This document shows, one piece after another, positions 40,055 to 50,066 of a stretch of DNA of 64,000 nt. Source of the stretch: Candidatus Poribacteria bacterium (GTDB taxonomy: Bacteria; Poribacteria; WGA-4E; PCPOR2b); NCBI GenBank assembly GCA_965116925.1, contig OZ220744.1, positions 2,336,001 through 2,400,000 of the forward strand, given 5' to 3'. The position numbers and the translations under genes are program-made. Each line of letters begins with the position of its first letter. Position 1 is the stretch's first letter. The notes below the pieces were generated by a model that saw only the letters and a list, made by a program, of their open reading frames with translations, ran no database searches and was not told the DNA's origin.

Positions 40055-41500
40055 CTAAGTCGAATGGTTCAATCCCCCTTGAAGTTGTTCCATCACACCC
40101 TTTGCTGCTTTGACGATCCGCTCCAGTTCTCCTTCAAACACTGTCCGAACATCGAACCGGAGTCGCTCGTCCTGTACGCGGCCAATTATGGGTTTCGGTT
40201 GCGCTCGGAAGTGTGCCGCGAGGGTTTCGGTGGAGATTTGCGGCGCGTGTAGGCTGACAGCTAGACTCGGTAATGTATCGACGGGTAGCGAACCGCTACC
40301 AATCTGTGCGGTGCTTTCTTCAACCGTAACTTGGATTACGTCATCGAAGATTTGCCGGAGATGATTGGCGAGTTTTTCAGCGACCTCACGGATCTCGGCT
40401 ATTGGTCGCGTGTAACGCTGAAGCATTGGTAGTTTTTCGGTCAGTTCCTTTTCGTTAAGGTAGAGCCGTAGGGTGGCTTCGAGTGCAGCGATGGTGAGTT
40501 TTCCGACGCGCAACGCTCGCATCAATGGATTCTTGCGAATTTGCTCGATTGCGTCCAACCGACCCACAATAATCCCCGCCTGCGATCCGCCGAGCAGCTT
40601 GTCACCGCTGAATGTGACGACATCGACACCGGCATCTACCCGCTCGCGTACCACCGGCTCATGGGGCAAACCGTAACGGGTCAGATCAATCAACGAACCG
40701 CTTCCGAGGTCCTCCATCGTTGGTATGCTGTGTTGACGTCCAAGTTCGGTGATTTCTTCCATTGTGGGGGTTGAAGCGAATCCGACGACCTTGTAGTTGC
40801 TCGGATGTACCTTCAGCATCAATGCCGTGTTTTCGTTGATTGCGTTCTCGTAATCTCGAAGATGTGTTCGGTTTGTCGTCCCTACCTCGCGCAAAATGGC
40901 TCCGCTCGCCTCCATCACATCGGGGATGCGGAACGCCCCACCGATTTCAATGAGTTCGCCGCGGGATACGATGACCTCTTTATCGCGTGCTAAGGTATTC
41001 AACGCCAGTAGTACAGCTGCTGCGTTATTGTTCACGATTGTTGAGGCTTCGCATCCCGTCAATCGCTTCAACAGGGGTTCCGTCAGTCGGTCTCGGTGCC
41101 CACGCCCACCGGTATCCAGATCGTACTCCAGATTCACATAGTTAGCAGCGGCTTGCGCGAGGCTTTCAGCTGCCGAAGCACTGAGCAGTGATCTGCCAAG
41201 GTTGGTGTGTGTGATTGTGCCGGTGGCGTTGACAATTGAACGGAGTGCGGGAGCGGTTAGGGTTCCAAGTTCCGCTCGGACGAGTGCTGCATACACCGAT
41301 TCATCGGGAGGTTCCGCGATTTTTTCGTTAAGGATTTGCCCCCGAATTTCCGCAGTGACGGTGCGTAAAGCCTCCGTTATGAGATCTCGCGAATAGTTTT
41401 CCTGCATTCGGAGAAACGGTTCGCGGGAGAGCAACTGTTCAATGGCGGGGATGCGGCGTAAAGCCTCACCCTGTTCTGGGGTTAATTTTTTTGCCGGCAT
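40055..41500 (-). CDS. selA: L-seryl-tRNA(Sec) selenium transferase
   Basis: NATGTITHTNLGRS, VNNNAAA, EVGTTNRTH, FSGDKLLGG. Confidence 0.97.
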   Translation of the reverse strand: MPAKKLTPEQGEALRRIPAIEQLLSREPFLRMQENYSRDLITEALRTVTAEIRGQILNEKIAEPPDESVYAALVRAELGTLTAPALRSIVNATGTITHTNLGRSLLSASAAESLAQAAANYVNLEYDLDTGGRGHRDRLTEPLLKRLTGCEASTIVNNNAAAVLLALNTLARDKEVIVSRGELIEIGGAFRIPDVMEASGAILREVGTTNRTHLRDYENAINENTALMLKVHPSNYKVVGFASTPTMEEITELGRQHSIPTMEDLGSGSLIDLTRYGLPHEPVVRERVDAGVDVVTFSGDKLLGGSQAGIIVGRLDAIEQIRKNPLMRALRVGKLTIAALEATLRLYLNEKELTEKLPMLQRYTRPIAEIREVAEKLANHLRQIFDDVIQVTVEESTAQIGSGSLPVDTLPSLAVSLHAPQISTETLAAHFRAQPKPIIGRVQDERLRFDVRTVFEGELERIVKAAKGVMEQLQGGLNHST

Positions 41501-41595
41501 GTTTTTTTAATCCATGTTAAATTCACCGCAGAGGCGCAGAGTGCACAGAGTTTTTCTTGTTTTTCTCCGTGTTTGCTTTGGTAAAATTGTTGTCC

Positions 41596-42591
41596 TCAGA
41601 CATCAAACAGGTTGATAACTTTTACTGGCTTCCCTGTTTCTGCGGACTCCACGCCTGCGACCAAGGCTGAAACGGTTTTTGCGCCTTCGCGGACATCAAT
41701 CAGTGGTTGTGTTCCATTAATCACGCAGTCAACGAAATGGGAAACTGTTTCCTGAATTGCATCTCCATCGTCTGCGACAATCTCTTCTGTGTGACCATCG
41801 GGATGGTGGATACGGTTTTTCCAGATCGTTCCTTCTGTGCCGTAGATAGAAAGAAACCCCTCACCCATCCCGCGACCTTTGCAGCCGCTGGTAACAAGCA
41901 CTTTACCGACGCAGCCATTCTCAAACTGAAAGGTGAAGATGTAACAGTCATCGAGCGGAAAATCTTGTGCGGCGTACCCGTTGGAATAGGCGTGGACCTC
42001 TGTAACGTCGGCACCGACCGTCCACCGGAGTAGATCGAAGGGATGGCAGCCTCCTCCAATCAGGATGTTCTGTGCGGTCTGCGGATGAGATCGCCAAGTT
42101 ACCGGATTGTAGAGGGAACGCATGTCGTGGATGTAGCTGCCTTCAACGAAAAAGGCATGTCCGATCCCTTCGGCGTCGTAGATCCCCTTAATCCGCTTGT
42201 AGATAGGTTCAAATCGCATGAACTGGCTCGCCATAAAGATGAGGCCAGTTTCGTCGACAGTTCGTACCAATTTTTGGCAGCTTTCTATATCGACCCCCAT
42301 CGGTTTCTCGCATAGGACGTGCTTTCCTGCTCGAAGTGCTGCGATAGCGTGTTCAGCGTGAAAGAAATCTGGGGTACAAACCAAGATAATCTGGATGTCT
42401 GCATCGTCCAATAGTTGCTGATAGTCGGTCGTGGCGTACTTCATTTGACCTTGACGACACAAATCTTGCGCTGTTTCTTCGTTATCATCGGCAACGCCGA
42501 TTAATTCGGCATCAGGGCAAGCTGTAAATGCTTTGATATAATCAGATACGTGGACATCGCTGCCAATCAGTCCGACGCCTAGCGTGTTCAT
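41596..42591 (-). CDS. Gfo/Idh/MocA family oxidoreductase
   Basis: GKHVLCEKP, GGCHPFDL. Confidence 0.9.
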   Translation of the reverse strand: MNTLGVGLIGSDVHVSDYIKAFTACPDAELIGVADDNEETAQDLCRQGQMKYATTDYQQLLDDADIQIILVCTPDFFHAEHAIAALRAGKHVLCEKPMGVDIESCQKLVRTVDETGLIFMASQFMRFEPIYKRIKGIYDAEGIGHAFFVEGSYIHDMRSLYNPVTWRSHPQTAQNILIGGGCHPFDLLRWTVGADVTEVHAYSNGYAAQDFPLDDCYIFTFQFENGCVGKVLVTSGCKGRGMGEGFLSIYGTEGTIWKNRIHHPDGHTEEIVADDGDAIQETVSHFVDCVINGTQPLIDVREGAKTVSALVAGVESAETGKPVKVINLFDV

Positions 42592-42603
42592 CTGCGTATC
42601 CTT

Positions 42604-43566
42604 TTAGAATCCGGCACTCTTATCAACCTGGTTCCGCAACGGTAATTCTCCGCGCACGAAGCGTCCGATATTTTCGCCGAAGATTTCGAGGACGTGCTGT
42701 CCCTCAAACTGTGTGCCGCCGGAAACGTGGGGTGCGATCAATACATTTTCCATCTCCCACAGTTCGCTATCTTCGGGCAGCGGTTCCGTTGCGAAGACGT
42801 CCATTGCCGCTGCGGCTAACCGTCCCTCACGCAACGCCGTTGCCATCGCTGTTTCGTCAACGATGCCGCCCCGTGACATAGGCACTAGCATCGCTGTGGG
42901 TTTCATCAGTGCTATCTGTTCCGCACCGATCATGCCGCACGTCTCCGGTGTGCGGGGAACGGCGATTAGCAGATAGTCGGATTGGCGCAACAGGTCGTCG
43001 AGTCGATCAAATCCCCACACGGCACTGACATAGTCCGGCTTGTCGCCCGGATAGAGGTCTACGGCGATGATTCGCATATCGAAGGCACTTCCCCGTTTGG
43101 CGATCTCACGTCCGATGTTTCCAAATCCGACGATCCCCATGGTGCTGTTGGTCAACTCTAGCATCTTGGGGCGAATTTTACCGATTGCCCATTGTTTATG
43201 TTGCTGTGCAAGGATAGAATCTCTGATGCCGCGGGTAAAGGCGAGAATCATGGCGATCGCGCTTTCTGCGACGCACGCGGCGTGGGTGCCGCTAGCACTC
43301 GTGAGCAGGACATCGCTCTCCACCAGTTCGGGGATGGAGACAAAATAGTCTACCCCGGAGCTGGGGGACTGAATCCATTTGATGTTTTTAGCCGCTAGGA
43401 AGAGATCGCGATTGAGCCAGCCGATGTAGACATCGGCGTCGGCGATAAGCCTTGGCGCATCTTCTGGTTTGGCACAGTGCACAAATTCTACGTCAGGATA
43501 TGCTTTCTCGAATTCGGGGATTCCGTCTTCGAGTTTCATGTGGTTGGGTCCGACCAAAATCTTCAT
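42604..43566 (-). CDS. D-2-hydroxyacid dehydrogenase
   Basis: GIVGFGNIG, MSRG, DVFATEPLP, APHVSG. Confidence 0.9.
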   Translation of the reverse strand: MKILVGPNHMKLEDGIPEFEKAYPDVEFVHCAKPEDAPRLIADADVYIGWLNRDLFLAAKNIKWIQSPSSGVDYFVSIPELVESDVLLTSASGTHAACVAESAIAMILAFTRGIRDSILAQQHKQWAIGKIRPKMLELTNSTMGIVGFGNIGREIAKRGSAFDMRIIAVDLYPGDKPDYVSAVWGFDRLDDLLRQSDYLLIAVPRTPETCGMIGAEQIALMKPTAMLVPMSRGGIVDETAMATALREGRLAAAAMDVFATEPLPEDSELWEMENVLIAPHVSGGTQFEGQHVLEIFGENIGRFVRGELPLRNQVDKSAGF

Positions 43567-43760
43567 CTACAGTATGTTCTCCTTCGTATATGTGAGCAAT
43601 TTTCTTTGAAAGCGTGGTTTCTGAGAATCGTAACATGGTATACTTACGGTGAACTCTATAATTACTTGGCTCATCTCAAAAGAAAGTGAAACGTGAAAAT
43701 AATTTGTTCATTGGTTCAGTTGAGCTATGAAGTCCCAATTCTATTGCACGATTCCCAACG

Positions 43761-43830
43761 CCCGATAAATCGGGCAACTACAATACGCTCGATAAATCGG
43801 GCAACTACAATCTGAAGTGCGTAACTCCTA
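43761..43830. repeat. Tandem REP repeat (GATAAATCGGGCAACTACAAT x2) with MITE-end remnant
   Basis: Copies at 43764 and 43791; second copy continues as in 6113-6152. Confidence 0.65.
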
Positions 43831-43949
43831 AGAAGATTTATCCGCCACAAAATTCAATTTATAGTCGCAGGCAGTATACCATATCTATCGTTAATCTGAA
43901 ACCTATTTTTTCCAAAGTGAGTTCCCGTTGCAGTGAAGAGGAGATGAAA

Positions 43950-44780
43950 ATGACTAAAGAATTGAGTCAGCGATTAGAAGAATATAAGGCAAATGGTTTC
44001 ACCGTTTTTGAGGGTTTATTCACCGAGACGCAGATGCGGAGTTGGCGTGAGAGGCATCAGGAGTTAATGGAAGATTATGATGGACAAACTTGGTTCGGTA
44101 ATATGCTCGAATATGCGCCAAAGTTGATGTGGCCCGCGGTAAAGCATCCAACGATACTCGATTTTTTGGAGATAGTGATGGGACCGTTTGTCCAACTCGA
44201 TAACCTTACCCTTGCTGCGTTTCCGAGTGTTCCGAAGAATCAGGCTGAGGGGCGGGCGTCCGGTTGGCATCGAGATCGGTGGGCAAGGGTGCCGCAAAAG
44301 GATATCTATGAACGGCCACTCGCCTCGAATGCGATCAGTTATTTGCAGGATTTAACAGATGAGTACGGTCCGTTGCGGGTGATTGTGGGGTCGCATCGGC
44401 AGCCAATTACGATAGAGATAGAAGATCGGAATAAGCCGCATCCGGACGAGACTTTGCTCTATATGAAGGCGGGTGATGTCGTTGTAACACACAACCATCT
44501 CATTCATTCAGGAACGCCGAACAGTGCCGATGGTTTACGCTATTTCTTCAGCATTTATTACAATACGACGTGGCTCAAGCATACCGATAACCACAGTGGA
44601 CCTCTGACGCAACGGCTTCTTGAGGAAGCGCGGGAGCGGGACGACCACCGACTGATGCGACTTTTGGGGGTTGATACTCAGTTGCAGCCGCGCTGCAATT
44701 CGGGGTTTCTGGCTCCGGATGAGGATCGGTGGGAGGAATGGATTGCTGCGGATCGTGCTGCGATTAAAGCGGAAGAGTAA
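43950..44780 (+). CDS. Phytanoyl-CoA dioxygenase family protein
   Basis: GWHRD, GPLRVIVGSH, AGDVVV...HSGTPN; GAGGAG RBS. Confidence 0.88.
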   Translation: MTKELSQRLEEYKANGFTVFEGLFTETQMRSWRERHQELMEDYDGQTWFGNMLEYAPKLMWPAVKHPTILDFLEIVMGPFVQLDNLTLAAFPSVPKNQAEGRASGWHRDRWARVPQKDIYERPLASNAISYLQDLTDEYGPLRVIVGSHRQPITIEIEDRNKPHPDETLLYMKAGDVVVTHNHLIHSGTPNSADGLRYFFSIYYNTTWLKHTDNHSGPLTQRLLEEARERDDHRLMRLLGVDTQLQPRCNSGFLAPDEDRWEEWIAADRAAIKAEE

Positions 44781-45013
44781 TACGTAATGCGTGATACGTA
44801 AGAAAAAGCGGAATTGGCATCTGCGTTCCCTGCGAATAAACCTTGCCGTACTAAATCGTTGGAGTTTTGGGGGTTGGGTTTCACGGTGTCCGTTCAACCC
44901 AACCTACGGTGATGATGGAGTGCAGTAGGTCGATTTTCCAAAATCGACGTTTGGTTGTCGATATGTGAATCTCTACCTACGGATTACTTAGGAGGTTAGG
45001 TTAGCGTTCGGTG

Positions 45014-46063
45014 TTAGAAGCCGAGGGAGTCTGCGATGTTGTACTCCTCCGCCAGAGATTTGAGGGTATTCCATGTCGCATCTTCGATGAAAATGCCTTC
45101 CTGCAACTTCTGCTGAGTCCGCAGATGTTCTAATTCGCCAGGATAGAAGACCTCTGTGAAACCGGTTGCCGGTGGACAACTCTTCAGATAGGCGGCGAAT
45201 TCTGCGACCTCTTTCTTGAATTCAGCGAGGGAACGGAAGGCGTCTACATTGAACGCTGCCATGAAACATCCATCGTTGTGCTTGCCCGCCGGGTCATGTC
45301 CAAAACCGAGCCCGGTGAGGATACCTGAGAAGATTTCAACCATCACCGAGAGTCCGTATCCCTTGTGTCCCTCTGGTCCCCCTAGTGGGAGTTGAACGCC
45401 GCCACGCCCCAAGTCTTCAGGGTCTGTGGTTGGGTTGCCATCCTTATCAAGAATCCAACCCTCTGGAATTTCAGTCCCGCGCGTACGCGCCACATTGATT
45501 TTACCTCCCGCAACAGCACTGGTTGCCATATCTATGAACAGGGTGCCCTCCAGATCGCTGGGCATCGCCATACAGATGGGATTTGTGCCGAGCCGTGCTT
45601 CTCTGCCGCCGAATGGTGCGACCGATTTGCTGGTGCGCCCAGAATCGGCGGTCATCATGCCGATGAGATCTGCTTGGGCTGCCATGATGGGGTAGTCTGC
45701 CACCCGTCCGACGTGGCTCTGCTGGTAGACAGTGGTGGCTGCGACGCCATGTTGCTTTGCCTTGTCGATAGTGATTTGCATTGCTCGCTCGGAGACCACG
45801 TATCCGAATCCCCAGTTGCCGTTGATGACTGTGGTGGCACCGGTTTCTTGGACGATCTCAAAGGGCGCGCCCGGTACAATATGTCCCCGTTTAATCCGAT
45901 CGATGTAACCGGGAATCGCAATAATCCCGTGTGAGTCGTGGCCCGCCAGATTGGCACCCATGGAGTGTCGAGAGATGATTGACGCTTCCTCCGCGCTGGC
46001 ACCGGCTCCCTGAAGGAGTTGGGAAGCAATTTCTCGTAATCGTTCAGCTGAAATAGTCGGCAT
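45014..46063 (-). CDS. Ldh_2 (malate/L-lactate/ureidoglycolate dehydrogenase family) oxidoreductase
   Basis: GHDSHG, SHVGR, LGTNP, DMATS, GHKGYGL, YPGE. Confidence 0.9.
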   Translation of the reverse strand: MPTISAERLREIASQLLQGAGASAEEASIISRHSMGANLAGHDSHGIIAIPGYIDRIKRGHIVPGAPFEIVQETGATTVINGNWGFGYVVSERAMQITIDKAKQHGVAATTVYQQSHVGRVADYPIMAAQADLIGMMTADSGRTSKSVAPFGGREARLGTNPICMAMPSDLEGTLFIDMATSAVAGGKINVARTRGTEIPEGWILDKDGNPTTDPEDLGRGGVQLPLGGPEGHKGYGLSVMVEIFSGILTGLGFGHDPAGKHNDGCFMAAFNVDAFRSLAEFKKEVAEFAAYLKSCPPATGFTEVFYPGELEHLRTQQKLQEGIFIEDATWNTLKSLAEEYNIADSLGF

Positions 46064-46288
46064 GATATTCTCCTGATGTTGAGTTATGTTTCTAATCTAG
46101 CAGAATCGGGATACTTTGTCAAGTTGAAATTGGGCGTGAAACGTGAAACGTGATGCGTAAATGACGCAAATTGTATCCACTTTTCGAGCATGGCGCACTG
46201 AACGAAAGATTACAGAAAATTAAGCCATTTTTCGTTTCTACTTGCCTTATACGGGTTTTCATGCTATAAAAATCCCTAAGATAATCTT

Positions 46289-46303
46289 TGGCATCTTTTT
46301 TGC
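46289..46303 (+). promoter_or_regulatory. Sigma54 (-24/-12) promoter
   Basis: TGGCATC-TTTT-TTGC (GG-N10-GC), 90 bp upstream of the porin gene. Confidence 0.75.
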
Positions 46304-46392
46304 CAATTTATCGTTGTTGAGATTTATAGCTGAACGTGGAAAAATACGCCATTCGCTCGATTGGAAAACGAGCATTGTAAAGGAGATCACAG

Positions 46393-47139
46393 ATGAAACA
46401 CAAGATGTACATCGCATGGTATTGGTATGTTATAGCTATTTTCGTATTAGCCTCTGTTACAGGAACTATGACCGTAGTGGCGGAGGAAGAGGGTTCCTCA
46501 TTACCCGTTGACATCGCAATTGATGCCACGTATGCAAGTGCCTATTATTGGCGCGGTGCGAGTGCAGGTGCTGGGACAAGTTTTATGCAACCTTCTCTTG
46601 ATATCTCGTACGCTGCTGGACCTATCAGTGTTGGTGCCAATGTTTGGTATTCGCAGGGTATTGATGGTGGCGATGCGGACAACAGCGAGATTGATTACAC
46701 GGTATACCTCGGCACTAGCCTTGGAGCGGTTGATATCAGCGCAGGTGTTATTGACTACGTGATTCCAGGCAGTTTTCCGTTCGCAGAAGACCATGTGCTT
46801 GAAGCGAACCTAGGTGTCGGTATCAGTGCATTGCCGTTTGACAACAGTATCACCTTTTATACGAATCTTGCCGGTGATGATGATAGTTCGATGTATCTTG
46901 CTCCGAGCCTTGGAACCAGCTATAAAAACTTGGGGATTGGATTGACGGCCGGTCTTGCCCTCGGTGAAAGTGAGCTTTATGGTACTGATGGTGCTGCGCT
47001 AGTTGACATCACACCGAGCATTTCCTACTCCATTGCCGGTGATCCAGAAACATCTGTTAGCTTCAATATCGGTTATAACCCTAATTCGGGTCTGAAGATG
47101 TCGTATGTCACCCTTGGTACTTCGTTCAGTATTGATTAA
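46393..47139 (+). CDS. Putative outer-membrane beta-barrel porin (TorF-like)
   Basis: Signal peptide, SAYYWRG, QPSLD, EIDY, alternating beta strands. Confidence 0.7.
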   Translation: MKHKMYIAWYWYVIAIFVLASVTGTMTVVAEEEGSSLPVDIAIDATYASAYYWRGASAGAGTSFMQPSLDISYAAGPISVGANVWYSQGIDGGDADNSEIDYTVYLGTSLGAVDISAGVIDYVIPGSFPFAEDHVLEANLGVGISALPFDNSITFYTNLAGDDDSSMYLAPSLGTSYKNLGIGLTAGLALGESELYGTDGAALVDITPSISYSIAGDPETSVSFNIGYNPNSGLKMSYVTLGTSFSID

Positions 47140-47205
47140 AGCACCGGGATATCTGGTGCCTGTCAACATTTATGTGAGACACCTCCGGCATTCCCGGATA
47201 AGTAC

Positions 47206-47248
47206 CCAATCGTAGAGCGAGTTCCCTTCGTCTCTACGATTGGTTTTT
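47206..47248 (+). terminator. Rho-independent terminator
   Basis: CCAATCGTAGAG...CTCTACGATTGG hairpin followed by TTTTT. Confidence 0.6.
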
Positions 47249-47433
47249 CAACTAGCAATTTGAGTTAAAATTTAGGCAATGCGCTGCTTGAATTTTCAGC
47301 AGATTAGTGAAAACCGTGTCAACTTCCCATCAATAATCCCGAAGAAATAATCACCTCAAAGATTAAGCCCACCTACTGTTTCCGCCCACTTCGCACAGAT
47401 TTTCATAAAATAAAAAATACGCCGGTCAATCTT

Positions 47434-47448
47434 TGGCATCTTTTTTGC
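47434..47448 (+). promoter_or_regulatory. Sigma54 (-24/-12) promoter
   Basis: Same TGGCATCTTTTTTGC as at 46289; precedes the porin-urt-ure genes. Confidence 0.75.
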
Positions 47449-47601
47449 CCATGTCTATCATCGTATCCTATTCAGGTTGTTGATGAAAACGCTCATTATC
47501 AAGAATAGCGTGTCTGATTCGGCAATAGACCGGTTGAAAGCAAGCGTGGACGAAGTCCGCAGCGATGCTTTCAACATTATTCCAAAAATGGAGGGTAGTT
47601 G

Positions 47602-48567
47602 ATGATTTTAGCAAAGTTAAACAGCAGAGGTGTGCGGTCATATTTATGTGCTTTTGCTATGTTGGCACTGACTTTGACGCTCGGTTCCGCTTCTGCGGAG
47701 ATTAAACTGAACGATAACCTGGCGATCTCGGGCTTTCTTGATATGTCGACCGTAACGACTATGGGTGATGAGACTGAAACAAGCCTGTCTTTCGATCAGT
47801 TCGAGATGGACTTTCACCTGAACTACGGTTCAGTTACTGGGCAGGTTGATATTGATAGCACAGATCCGGACCAAGGCATCAAGTTGGAGCAGGGATTTGT
47901 GACGTACACGGCTCCTAAAGATATGCTACCCGGTGTGAGTATTACTGCGGGGCGTTTCCTCAGTTCCTTAGGATTTGAAGCGGCGGAGCCGACAGGTCTC
48001 TATCAATACTCTTTTTCAGAAGGTATTCCCTATCCCGGTTATCAGAACGGTGTTGCAGTTAATGTAAAACCTATGAAAGAAGCAGGACTTTACGTTGCGT
48101 TTCTATCGAGTGTTTGGGATGCCAACGAGACGGATGCAGGGACCCCTGGCATTGAAGCCCAGCTTGTGTTGACCCCAATTGAGCAGATTACTGCGAAGGT
48201 TGGTTATGCGTTAGACGCGATGGACGACTATACACAGACTGAACTCAATGCGTGGGTGTCATTTGCACAGGGACCGCTGACTCTTGCTGGAGAGATTGAT
48301 TTGCTGGGGAACTGGGGTGCTGACGGTAATAGCGGTATGCACTTTTTGGGCATGGCGAATGTTTCACTGGCGGATATAATTTCCGCGCCGGTTGGTGTAA
48401 CGTTCCGTTTTAGTGGTATCGACACAGATCTTGGAGGCACCTCCACGGAGTTCACGTTTAGTCCCTCTTATAGTGCTACGGATAACTGGTTACTTCTTGC
48501 TGAATTCAAACAGCGGCTTGACGCTGAAGAGACAATTATTGCTTTTGAATCACTTTTTACATATTAA
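47602..48567 (+). CDS. Putative outer-membrane porin of the urea uptake locus
   Basis: Signal peptide, ISGFLD, LEQGFVTY, GRFLSSLGFEAAEP, aromatic C-terminus. Confidence 0.75.
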   Translation: MILAKLNSRGVRSYLCAFAMLALTLTLGSASAEIKLNDNLAISGFLDMSTVTTMGDETETSLSFDQFEMDFHLNYGSVTGQVDIDSTDPDQGIKLEQGFVTYTAPKDMLPGVSITAGRFLSSLGFEAAEPTGLYQYSFSEGIPYPGYQNGVAVNVKPMKEAGLYVAFLSSVWDANETDAGTPGIEAQLVLTPIEQITAKVGYALDAMDDYTQTELNAWVSFAQGPLTLAGEIDLLGNWGADGNSGMHFLGMANVSLADIISAPVGVTFRFSGIDTDLGGTSTEFTFSPSYSATDNWLLLAEFKQRLDAEETIIAFESLFTY

Positions 48568-48608
48568 TTTAAGATCCGATAACCATAAATTTTTAAGGAG
48601 ATTATCAA

Positions 48609-49883
48609 ATGTTTCGATTGTACAGTATTTTTGCGATAGGTTTGTTAATTTTGGCTGTAGGAATGCTCGGCGTTGAAGAGGTAAACGCTGGGCCTCATGA
48701 AGTGAGAATTGGTGTGCTACATTCTTTGAGTGGAACGATGGCGATCTCTGAGACCTCCCTCAAGGACGTTGTTGAAATGGCGGTTGAAGAGATTAACGCC
48801 GCCGGTGGGGTGATGGGGAAGCAGATTAAGCCGGTCGTTGTTGATCCTGCCAGTGACTGGGATCTTTTCGCAGAAAAGGCGAAAGATTTGATCGTTAAGG
48901 AAGAGGTTGCTGTGGTCTTTGGGTGTTGGACCTCCGTGAGCCGGAAGTCTGTTCTGCCTGTTTTTGAGGAACATAACTCCCTGCTTTTCTACCCGGTGCA
49001 GTACGAAGGTGAGGAGCAGTCGCTCAACGTATTCTACACCGCCGCGACCCCGAATCAGCAGTTGATTCCTGCAGCTGAGTATATGATGGAAGAGGTCGGT
49101 GCCAAGAAGTTTTATCTATTGGGAACAGACTATGTTTTCCCGCGCACGGCGAACAAGGTGCTGAAGGCTTATTTGAAGACGAAGGGTGTGCCGGATGAGA
49201 ATATCGTCGAAGAATACACGCAGTTCCACCACCAAGATTATCAGACTATTGTCGGCAAAATTAAGAAATTTGCTGCCGGTGGCGACGCTTGTGTGCTATC
49301 CACGATTAATGGCGACAGCAATGTGCCTTTCTACAAAGAGTTTGCGAATCAGGGCTTGACCTCCGATGACTGCCCGATTATGGCGTTCTCTGTTGCGGAA
49401 GATGAGTTGCGTGCGATGGACGTGCCTCCCCTCGTTGGACACCTCGCCGCTTGGAACTATTTCCAGAGCATCAATACACCAGAGAATAAAAAGTTTGTGA
49501 AGAATTTCAAGGCGTTCTGTGAGCGAGAAGGTTTGCCCGGCGGCTCAAAGCGTGTTACGGATGATCCAATTGAAGCCGCATACTTTGGCGTTTATGTTTG
49601 GAAGGCAGCCGTTGAGAAAGCGGGTTCCTTCGATGTCGATAAGGTGCGGGAAGCGGTCTACGGGTTGGAGTTTGACGCACCCGGTGGCAAGAAGATGATG
49701 CACGCAAGCAACCAGCATACGCTGAAACCGGTTTATATCGGCGAAATTAAGAAGAATGGTCAGTTCAAGATTATTTACAAGTCAGATGGGCTGGTTTCGC
49801 CCGATTCGTTTAGCAGGTATCTCCACCCGGATGGCAACTATCCTGCGCCGACCGGCGGTCCAAAGGAGAAAGTTGGGATGTAG
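48609..49883 (+). CDS. urtA: Urea ABC transporter substrate-binding protein
   Basis: GVLHSLSGTMAISE, FGCWTSVSRK, YPVQYEG, GTDYVFPRT. Confidence 0.95.
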   Translation: MFRLYSIFAIGLLILAVGMLGVEEVNAGPHEVRIGVLHSLSGTMAISETSLKDVVEMAVEEINAAGGVMGKQIKPVVVDPASDWDLFAEKAKDLIVKEEVAVVFGCWTSVSRKSVLPVFEEHNSLLFYPVQYEGEEQSLNVFYTAATPNQQLIPAAEYMMEEVGAKKFYLLGTDYVFPRTANKVLKAYLKTKGVPDENIVEEYTQFHHQDYQTIVGKIKKFAAGGDACVLSTINGDSNVPFYKEFANQGLTSDDCPIMAFSVAEDELRAMDVPPLVGHLAAWNYFQSINTPENKKFVKNFKAFCEREGLPGGSKRVTDDPIEAAYFGVYVWKAAVEKAGSFDVDKVREAVYGLEFDAPGGKKMMHASNQHTLKPVYIGEIKKNGQFKIIYKSDGLVSPDSFSRYLHPDGNYPAPTGGPKEKVGM

Positions 49884-50066
49884 TTGACAGCGGAGAAAAC
49901 GGGAAAACGAGAGAAAGAGCAGACGTGGAAGCGAGGGAGCAGGTGAGCGAGGGGATTAAAAAAACACACGCTTCCACGCCCCCTCACACACTCGCATATA
50001 CTTTCTCCCGTTTCCTCACCCGCTGCATTTTTCTGTTTCACACTTCACGTTTCACACAATGAACTA

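Noticed and set aside
43761..43811. Direct repeats resembling a mini CRISPR
   Set aside because: Only two copies with a 6-nt spacer, the unit is a REP palindrome, and there are no cas genes
47141..47160. GCACC...GGTGC palindrome as an NtrC site
   Set aside because: Spacing (GCAC-N11-GTGC) does not fit the N7 consensus; more likely a 3' hairpin after the stop codon
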